DNA from: Candidatus Dadabacteria bacterium
GTDB lineage: Bacteria > Desulfobacterota_D > UBA1144 > Nemesobacterales > UBA2774
Reading direction: 5' to 3'
Assembly: GCA_004356555.1 (NCBI GenBank)
Contig: SMWY01000002.1
Location: 1-55,607, forward strand
DNA length: 55,607 nt
In this document: positions 47,627-55,607 of the stretch, one piece after another
How the letters are laid out: each line of letters opens with the position of its first letter
Position numbering within the stretch: position 1 is the first letter of the stretch
The notes under the pieces: generated by a model
What the model was told of the DNA's origin: nothing
The model's database searches: none
What the model saw: only the letters and a program-made list of their open reading frames with translations
Program-made: the position numbers and the translations under genes

Positions 47627-48780
47627 TTTAATGCTTCTACAAAACGTAAGATAACCGCGTTTGACAATAAATTACCTTTTTTAGTTAATCTGATGGAGCT
47701 GTCCGAGTACTCAAGAAACCCATCTCTTACAAGGTGTCCAACCTTATCCATATTTGCTTTCAACTGAAATGTATTTTCAAGCTCTAAGATGTCTATGCCG
47801 TCTTTTAACCTGAGTCCCATCAAGACTTTATCTTCTATCACTTCTTCTCTCTTTAATTCTTCAGTAAAGTCCAGAGGTTTTTTCTCTTCATTTACAGTTT
47901 TCATATAAAGCGCAGGGTTCCTCAGATTAGCCCACCTCTTACCCCAGAGACTAGAATTACCCATAGCGGAATGAGAATGGGCCCCCGCTCCGAGACCAAG
48001 GTAACTCTCCCCTCTCCAATAGAGCATATTATGACGGCATTCAAAGCCATGCTTAGAGTAATTTGAAATTTCGTACTGCCTGTACCCCGCATCTTCAAAA
48101 AATTCAGTTGTATAAATAATAAAATCGGCAAGTTTTTCGTCGGTAGGCAATTTCAATTTACCAAGCGCGTAGCGTTTCCCAAATTCCGTGCCGTCCTCAA
48201 TAGTTAAGCAATATGCCGAGATATGAGGGGAATCAAAACCAAGGGCCTCTTTTAAATCAGCTTCCCATTCAGATAAAGTTTCATCCTTAGTCCCGTACAT
48301 CAGATCCATGCTATAGTTTTTAAATCCTGCATTGATAATGTCTTTTAGTATCCCTCTGCTATCTTCGGGAGCGTTAATTCTTCCAAGGAAACTGAGCTTT
48401 CTTTTAGAGAAAGACTGGATTCCGACGCTTATTCTATTTATCCCCGCACTTCTGAGTCCCTTGAGCTTTTCTAAATCTGCAGTTTTTGGGTTAACCTCTA
48501 AGGAAACCTCCAAATTATCGACAGGACATGTAATTTGATAAATTTTAGAAATAATTTTTTCAATACTCCTGGGATCAAAGAGAGAAGGCGTCCCTCCTCC
48601 GAAAAATATAGAGCTTAGCCGAGCCCCCTGAATCTCGCTGCGATAAAATTCTAGTTCATGCAATATTGACTCGGTATACTCTTTTTCCGGGAAACGCCCA
48701 CCCACCCCGTAAGAATTAAAGTCACAGTAGGGACATTTTGTAACGCAGTAAGGGATATGAATATATATTCCAAATGACAT
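47623..48780 (-). CDS. hemW: Radical SAM heme chaperone HemW (coproporphyrinogen III oxidase-like)
   Basis: 385 aa. Motifs YIHIPYCVTKCPYCDFNS, GGGTPS and RISVGIQSF. Confidence 0.9.
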   Translation of the reverse strand: MSFGIYIHIPYCVTKCPYCDFNSYGVGGRFPEKEYTESILHELEFYRSEIQGARLSSIFFGGGTPSLFDPRSIEKIISKIYQITCPVDNLEVSLEVNPKTADLEKLKGLRSAGINRISVGIQSFSKRKLSFLGRINAPEDSRGILKDIINAGFKNYSMDLMYGTKDETLSEWEADLKEALGFDSPHISAYCLTIEDGTEFGKRYALGKLKLPTDEKLADFIIYTTEFFEDAGYRQYEISNYSKHGFECRHNMLYWRGESYLGLGAGAHSHSAMGNSSLWGKRWANLRNPALYMKTVNEEKKPLDFTEELKREEVIEDKVLMGLRLKDGIDILELENTFQLKANMDKVGHLVRDGFLEYSDSSIRLTKKGNLLSNAVILRFVEALN

Positions 48781-48850
48781 GGTGATATTTTACGGTATGA
48801 GAAAAATGTTGCAACGTATATGTTTTAGAGTCATATTATTGTTTTAAATT

Positions 48851-50110
48851 ATGGATTACAAAATGGAAATGCGCTTTAAATTACTATTAATACTATTAAC
48901 TCTTTTTTCTGGCCTTAATTGTGTTTACGCCCAGGAAAAAGAACTACTCACTCTTGATCAGGCTATTAGCATAGCAATTGAGAATAACCCTGCGATATCA
49001 ATATCGAATGCTAATGTAGATATATCGAGAGCAGAAGTTAAAAACGCTAAATCGATATATTATCCCCAGATAAAATCAAGAATCATTGTCCCTTTCATTG
49101 GCCGTGAATCGGGTTTCTTTTTAGATCAGTTAATTTGGGACTTCGGGAGAACTTCAAACCTTGTTAAATCGACAAAAGCACTATTAAAATCCACAAAGTT
49201 TGATAAAGATACAACAGAAGATGATGTAATTCTTACTACAATTATTAGTTATTACACTGTTTTATCAGAAGGGCATATTGCGCTTGCTCTGGAGAAAAAA
49301 GTAATTGAATCCGAAAAGCGCATTGAGCAGGCCGAGGGGTTTTTTAAGTCCGGCAGGGTTCCACAGATTGAAGTAACAAAAGCAGAAGTAAACCTTGGAA
49401 ATGCTAAGCTCGAGCGGATTGCAGCACAAAATAATTTTGAAATCGCAAAAGTAAACCTTCAAACAATTATGGGTATTGAAGACAGCTCATTTAACTATGA
49501 ATTAGAAGATTCCATAGAGTTTTCAACAAGCTCATATCAACTTGAAGAATCCATAATTCAAGCGTTAAGCTCAAGGCCTGAATTAAAAAGCTTAGAAGCA
49601 CAAAAAGTAGCAATGAGAGCAAACTTAAAGGCTTCTAAAAAGGAATTTTATCCAGAGATATTCGGGAGAACAGCTTATAGATTTGAGGGAGAGGGCGCTG
49701 AAACTCCGGCTTTTATCGCTGGTGTTGGCGTTAAATTTCCCATCTTTGAAGGGTTTTCAAGATTTGCCAAGGTAGAAGACTCAAAAGCAAATTTAAGACG
49801 TACTAACGCTGAGCTTAGGTCAACTAAGGCAGGCATCATATCACAAATTAAGCAATTATACTTAGATATTCAATTCTCTAAGGAAAACATCAATGTGACC
49901 AAGAGGACCAGGGAATCCGCCGAGCAAGGTTTGCTCTTGGCACGGGAAAGATATAAACTGGCTAGGGCTTCTACCGTAGAATTGGCAGAGGCTGAATCAC
50001 TATATGCAATTTCTAACGCGAAATATATGCAGGCGATTTACAACTATAATATTAACGTTGCAAGGCTACTAAGAGCTACCGGGGAAATGGATGAATCTCA
50101 AAAACACTAA
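48851..50110 (+). CDS. TolC-family outer membrane efflux protein
   Basis: 419 aa. Signal peptide. Two OEP-type coiled-coil repeats (LTLDQAISIAIENNP, YPEIFGRTAY, LELAEAESL). Confidence 0.85.
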   Translation: MDYKMEMRFKLLLILLTLFSGLNCVYAQEKELLTLDQAISIAIENNPAISISNANVDISRAEVKNAKSIYYPQIKSRIIVPFIGRESGFFLDQLIWDFGRTSNLVKSTKALLKSTKFDKDTTEDDVILTTIISYYTVLSEGHIALALEKKVIESEKRIEQAEGFFKSGRVPQIEVTKAEVNLGNAKLERIAAQNNFEIAKVNLQTIMGIEDSSFNYELEDSIEFSTSSYQLEESIIQALSSRPELKSLEAQKVAMRANLKASKKEFYPEIFGRTAYRFEGEGAETPAFIAGVGVKFPIFEGFSRFAKVEDSKANLRRTNAELRSTKAGIISQIKQLYLDIQFSKENINVTKRTRESAEQGLLLARERYKLARASTVELAEAESLYAISNAKYMQAIYNYNINVARLLRATGEMDESQKH

Positions 50111-51239
50111 GGTATATATTGCATTATTAATCATAATTGTTATTGCGATATTCTTAGTACCCCGCTTTTTTGGCGACAGCACATCCTCTATTGTCTATGT
50201 GACCGCTGAAGTTGATAGAAATAATATTACTTCTCTAATCACTTCATCTGGCACAATAAATCCTTTAAAAACTATTGAAGTTGGCTCTCTAGTTTCAGGT
50301 TATGCAAAAAACATTTTTGTCGACTACAACACTGAAGTTAAAAAAGGGGACCCGCTTTTAGAAATTGATCCCTCTACGCTGGGAACTGAGCTGAAACGAG
50401 CACAAGCTGACAAGAAAAAAGCAGATGCCGACTTTAATCTAACAAACTCTGTCTATAACGCAAATAGGGAACTCTACGACAAAAGGCTTATTTCTAAAGA
50501 GGAGTTCGATGACTCTAGATCAAAATATTTATCTGCACTAGCTTCACTTGACCAATCTAAAGCTACTATTGAAATAACAGAGTCTAATTTAAGAAACACA
50601 ACCATCCGCTCCCCAATAGATGGGATTGTACTTTCCCGAAACATTAATACCGGAGAGAACGTTGTACCTAATAGCAAACCCCTATTTCTCATATCTCAAG
50701 ATCTATCTAGCATGAGAATTGACACAAATGTGAGCGAGGCAGATATAGGTAAAATACAAAACGGACAGAGGGCATTCTTTACTGTAGACGCATACCCAAA
50801 TCAAACGTTTGAAGGGGTTGTCTCCCAGATAAGAAACGAACCTATAACAAACAACAATGTAGTAACCTACAACGTAGTCGTTTCGATAGGGAACAAAGAA
50901 GACAAGTTAAAACCCGGAATGACTGCTGAGGTAAAAATAACGGTTGCAGAGGAAAAAGACGTAAAGCGGGTACCAACTTCAGCCCTTAGGTTCATACCAC
51001 CTTCTTCTGCAAATATAGAATCCAACAGCGTAGAAACTAATAATTCGCCACATGTATGGGTACTGGGAAAAAACGGACAAATAAAAGCCGTTTTAGTAAA
51101 ACCAGGTGTAGGGGACAGCAGGTATACCGAAATTGCTGAGGGTGATCTTAAGGAAGGCGATGAGGTAATAGTAGAAGCTATTATAAAGAACAATTCCGGG
51201 AACAACTCATCTTACTTGCCTCAACCCAGGAGATTCTAA
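50091..51239 (+). CDS. Efflux periplasmic adaptor subunit (HlyD/MacA-like)
   Basis: 382 aa. N-terminal anchor. Lipoyl-like motifs VGSLVSGYAKNIFVDYNTEVKKGDPLLEID and IRSPIDGIVL. Overlaps the tolC-like gene by 20 nt. Confidence 0.85.
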   Translation: MNLKNTKVYIALLIIIVIAIFLVPRFFGDSTSSIVYVTAEVDRNNITSLITSSGTINPLKTIEVGSLVSGYAKNIFVDYNTEVKKGDPLLEIDPSTLGTELKRAQADKKKADADFNLTNSVYNANRELYDKRLISKEEFDDSRSKYLSALASLDQSKATIEITESNLRNTTIRSPIDGIVLSRNINTGENVVPNSKPLFLISQDLSSMRIDTNVSEADIGKIQNGQRAFFTVDAYPNQTFEGVVSQIRNEPITNNNVVTYNVVVSIGNKEDKLKPGMTAEVKITVAEEKDVKRVPTSALRFIPPSSANIESNSVETNNSPHVWVLGKNGQIKAVLVKPGVGDSRYTEIAEGDLKEGDEVIVEAIIKNNSGNNSSYLPQPRRF

Positions 51240-51242
51240 AAG

Positions 51243-51947
51243 ATGAGTGGTGATAATAGGGTCATCGAAGTCAAGGATATTCATAAAATTTATGATTTAG
51301 GGGATATAAAAGTCCATGCCCTAAAGGGTATCTCCCTTGATATAAAAAATGGGGATTTTGTATCCATAATGGGAGCATCAGGTTCCGGAAAAAGTACATT
51401 CATGAACATAATTGGATGCCTGGATAAACCCACAAAAGGGGAGTATTACCTTGACAACAATCAAGTCTCATCTTTAGATGCAGACGAATTAGCAGAAATA
51501 AGAAACAAGAAGATAGGTTTTGTATTTCAGAGTTTTAATCTTCTAGCAAGAACTACGGCCCTTGAAAATGTTGAGCTTCCTATGATTTATAACAATACCG
51601 ATTCAAAGAAAAGAACAGAAATGGCAAATCAGGCAATCAAGATGGTAGGTTTAGACGGTAGGGAGCATCATCTTCCCTCGCAACTTTCGGGAGGAGAGCA
51701 ACAACGGGTAGCGATTGCTAGAGCGATCGTCAATAACCCTAGCATTATATTGGCTGATGAGCCTACGGGTAACCTTGACTCTCAAACAAGTATGGAAATA
51801 ATGGAAATTTTTAAAGCCCTTAACAAACAGGGTAAAACAATAATTATGATAACTCATGAGCAAGATATAGCTAAACATGCCGAGAGGATTATTATGTTTA
51901 AAGACGGATATATTATTAAAGAAAAAGGACAGGGCAATCTAAACTAA
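51243..51947 (+). CDS. ABC transporter ATP-binding protein (MacB/LolD-type ATPase only)
   Basis: 234 aa. Walker A is GASGSGKST. Signature is [14 protein letters not shown]. Walker B is [11 protein letters not shown]. No fused or adjacent FtsX-type permease. Confidence 0.9.
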   Translation: MSGDNRVIEVKDIHKIYDLGDIKVHALKGISLDIKNGDFVSIMGASGSGKSTFMNIIGCLDKPTKGEYYLDNNQVSSLDADELAEIRNKKIGFVFQSFNLLARTTALENVELPMIYNNTDSKKRTEMANQAIKMVGLDGREHHLPSQLSGGEQQRVAIARAIVNNPSIILADEPTGNLDSQTSMEIMEIFKALNKQGKTIIMITHEQDIAKHAERIIMFKDGYIIKEKGQGNLN

Positions 51948-52022
51948 CCCAACTTGAATTTTATTATTTACCCTGAAAATTTAGTACAATTACAGACAAC
52001 TAAAAGATAATGTTAGGATCCT

Positions 52023-53840
52023 TTAATATACAACTCTCATAAACTCAGAGCCGCCTGCTGCAAAATCTTCAAAATTATCACCATTTACATCCCCCAGTCC
52101 TTGCACCTCTATTCCAAAATCTACTTCTCCTCCCTCCCCTACAATATTAATGTCGGATTCTGAAGCAGAAACTACAGCCGGGAAGTCGTCCCGTCCGAAG
52201 AATAGATATACTATACCGTTTGTAGCTCCTGGAGCTCCGACGCCAAAATCAGCATTGCTGACTTCAAGTATAAGCACGATAGCAGTGTCCCTCTGCTTCT
52301 TATCAATCTCTGGTGTCAGATTAGGCATAACTCCTACAGAAGTTCCAAAGAAGTCTCCTGGACTAATCCCTGTAAATTCAGTCTCAAAGCCCGGACTAGT
52401 TTCGTCCTCAAACGAAGTGTCGATGTCTTCACCCGAATATAAGAAAACAGAACCTGAAGACATATTGGAATCAGGAGCCCCTACAACAACATCAGGCGTC
52501 TCTTCGCCGTCTTCATCTATATCTCCGTCACCCGAAATGCTAATTCCGAAACTATCGGCAGCACTTCCTTCAAGTATAACTACATTAGTAGTATCGACGG
52601 CTAAATCCCTACTATCTATATTATCTTGCCCCAATATTACATAAGCTCTTCCTGCACCAGGTGCCCCAACGCCAATTTCGTCAAAACTATTCCTTCGAAT
52701 CCTGCCAAGATTGGCAAGATCAAAACCAAACATATCTCCTGGGGCCTGTCCTGTAAACATAGCATCGGCATCTGTTGCCGGCACCTCTTCGTTCTGATCT
52801 AACCCTTTGCCCCTAAAAATGTATGCCCTTCCCGTGTCAGAGCCAAAAGAAGGTGCTCCAACCAGGAATAATCCAGATCCGTTAGTGACATCATCTCCAT
52901 CGGCTACAGAAAAACCAAAGTTATCACCGACGTTTTCTCCAACGACTTCTATTCTATCAACACTACTATCTGACAAATCAATTACACTCGGCAACTCTCT
53001 GCTACCAAATATCACAAAAGTTTTACCTCTGTCATTATCAAATCCCGGAGCTCCAATAACAAGTTCCTGAGCTCTAATATCACTCTCGAAATCAGGGATT
53101 CCGGCAAGAGAGGCACCAAATAGATCCTCAGGATTACCAATCACAGTCACATCCGCTGCTGTTACATCAATTAAAGTACTGCCGTTATCGGTTAAATCAT
53201 TTGCTCCGAAAAAGATATAAACTTTTCCGAGACATGGATCTCCTATAGCGTAATCGTTAATAAATTCTCCGTCATCTTCCTGGTCCCCGTTAAAATTTCC
53301 TTCCGCAATTGATTCCCCTATACAGCTACCAGCTTCGCTGCTGACATATTTAACAGATTCTAAAGGTGTTGATAAATCAGATACATTAGAGGGCTGTGAG
53401 GAATTACCTACTTCATCATTAGTACGGATTGAATAAAAGAACATCGTCTCTCCAGTTAAATCCAGCCTTGGGGCTAGAAAACTCTGCGGACTTCCCGCAA
53501 CATCCGGACGTTGGAAATCAGGAATTTGAGTAGCATCGTTATAATTATCCCGAACAGCCTCTTCAATTTCGATAAACGGCACTCCGTCTAGATTTGGGAC
53601 ACCCAGAATCGCCGCTACTTCTTCGTTATCAAAGAATCTTATAAAGTAAATCGTAGCCCTTCCACTGTTCCCGTCATCTCCAGGTGCCGTCCAATCAAGT
53701 ACTCTACTAATAGCATCAACTGTTAGATCGGTTATCGTGGCTGGCGGATCGCTGTCACCAACGCTACAAGAAGTTATGAATAAAACAAAAAATAAGAAGC
53801 TAAGACTTAATAACGACTTTACTTTAAGAACAAATTTCAT
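52023..53840 (-). CDS. FG-GAP (integrin-alpha-like) repeat lipoprotein
   Basis: 605 aa. Lipobox ITSC. Repeated FG..x..GD.(N/D)GD...D...GAP blocks include DNFGFSVADGDD...VGAP, DMFGFDLANLG...GVGAPG, DSFGISISGDGDIDEDG...VVGAP and VDFGIEVQGLGDVNGDNFEDFAAG. Confidence 0.7.
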   Translation of the reverse strand: MKFVLKVKSLLSLSFLFFVLFITSCSVGDSDPPATITDLTVDAISRVLDWTAPGDDGNSGRATIYFIRFFDNEEVAAILGVPNLDGVPFIEIEEAVRDNYNDATQIPDFQRPDVAGSPQSFLAPRLDLTGETMFFYSIRTNDEVGNSSQPSNVSDLSTPLESVKYVSSEAGSCIGESIAEGNFNGDQEDDGEFINDYAIGDPCLGKVYIFFGANDLTDNGSTLIDVTAADVTVIGNPEDLFGASLAGIPDFESDIRAQELVIGAPGFDNDRGKTFVIFGSRELPSVIDLSDSSVDRIEVVGENVGDNFGFSVADGDDVTNGSGLFLVGAPSFGSDTGRAYIFRGKGLDQNEEVPATDADAMFTGQAPGDMFGFDLANLGRIRRNSFDEIGVGAPGAGRAYVILGQDNIDSRDLAVDTTNVVILEGSAADSFGISISGDGDIDEDGEETPDVVVGAPDSNMSSGSVFLYSGEDIDTSFEDETSPGFETEFTGISPGDFFGTSVGVMPNLTPEIDKKQRDTAIVLILEVSNADFGVGAPGATNGIVYLFFGRDDFPAVVSASESDINIVGEGGEVDFGIEVQGLGDVNGDNFEDFAAGGSEFMRVVY

Positions 53841-53983
53841 ATTAATTACCCTTTCCCATCATTTTTAGAATTTAAGATTGTACCGAACTAATGTTACTTT
53901 TCCAACAACGTTTTTTCATATAAGAAGATTAACCGATTTGATACGCATAGGTTGATATGGTAATTTCCCTTAGCCAGAAGTGA

Positions 53984-55276
<1,293 letters not shown>

Positions 55277-55400
55277 GATCTTGATAATTTTGAATTCGTA
55301 TATATTTTCATAGAGCGGTTTGGAAATCACTACTAAATCTAAAAAACGATGATTTATTGTGTATAATTAAACCTTTAGCACAATTTATAAGGATAAAGAT

Positions 55401-55607
55401 ATGTCGGCTAGAACACTTTTTGATAAAATTTGGGAACCACATGTAGTATTTGAAGAAGAGGGGCAACCCACTCTTTTATATATAGATTTACACCTCGTCC
55501 ATGAAGTTACTTCACCTCAGGCTTTTGAAGGGCTTCGACTTACGGACCGAAGAGTTAGAAGACCTGATTTAACTTTTGCAACTATGGATCATAATGTTCC
55601 TACAACG
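55401..55607 (+). CDS. leuC: 3-isopropylmalate dehydratase large subunit, N-terminal fragment (runs off the window)
   Basis: [47 protein letters not shown]...TMDHNVPT is the classical LeuC N-terminus. Confidence 0.9.
   Translation, partial: MSARTLFDKIWEPHVVFEEEGQPTLLYIDLHLVHEVTSPQAFEGLRLTDRRVRRPDLTFATMDHNVPTT

Overview
This is an AT-rich, gene-dense bacterial chromosomal segment that uses the standard code (TGA ends rbfA, nrnA and tlpA at the expected positions). All family calls come from motif recognition by eye; no searches were run.

**Housekeeping content.** Most of the window is housekeeping genes:
- The minus-strand superoperon rimP-nusA-infB-DUF503-rbfA-nrnA-truB-rpsO-pnp (about 18.3-27.9 kb).
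- miaA, efp, mutL, ispG, topA, dprA, hemW, eno, the leuC 5' end, an otsA/otsB fusion, a malic enzyme and ugd.

**Accessory or odd patches.**
1. An arsenosugar-type gene trio sits at the left edge (AhpD-like fragment, ArsS radical SAM, TIGR04282 glycosyltransferase). A 113-aa mini PiT transporter follows it.
2. A gene-decay patch spans 6.3-8.0 kb. It holds a lambda-type phosphatase, a small ORF whose TGA is followed by 57 in-frame sense codons, a cation-diffusion-facilitator (CDF) transporter tail remnant and one copy of a dispersed repeat. A secreted His/Gly/Tyr-rich protein follows.
3. A copper/cytochrome c module lies at 12.8-17.3 kb. Its multicopper oxidase carries a CopB-like C-terminal extension.
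4. efp has a non-canonical tip loop. The adjacent yacG has a TGA at the conserved Trp position.
5. A roughly 1-kb non-coding gap (33.3-34.3 kb) holds two more repeat copies and a tiny basic tandem-repeat ORF. Next to it is a 492-aa secreted protein built from three copies of a domain I could not assign.
6. A GC-rich segment (42.9-44.6 kb) lies inside a frameshifted NHL lipoprotein gene. That gene, ugd and an Asp-less LuxR regulator sit between dprA and topA.
7. A TolC/adaptor/ABC-ATPase cluster has no permease gene.

**Not found.** I recognised no rRNA, tRNA, CRISPR array, transposase or integrase. I did not find a convincing multi-gene novel system; the unusual items are listed individually.
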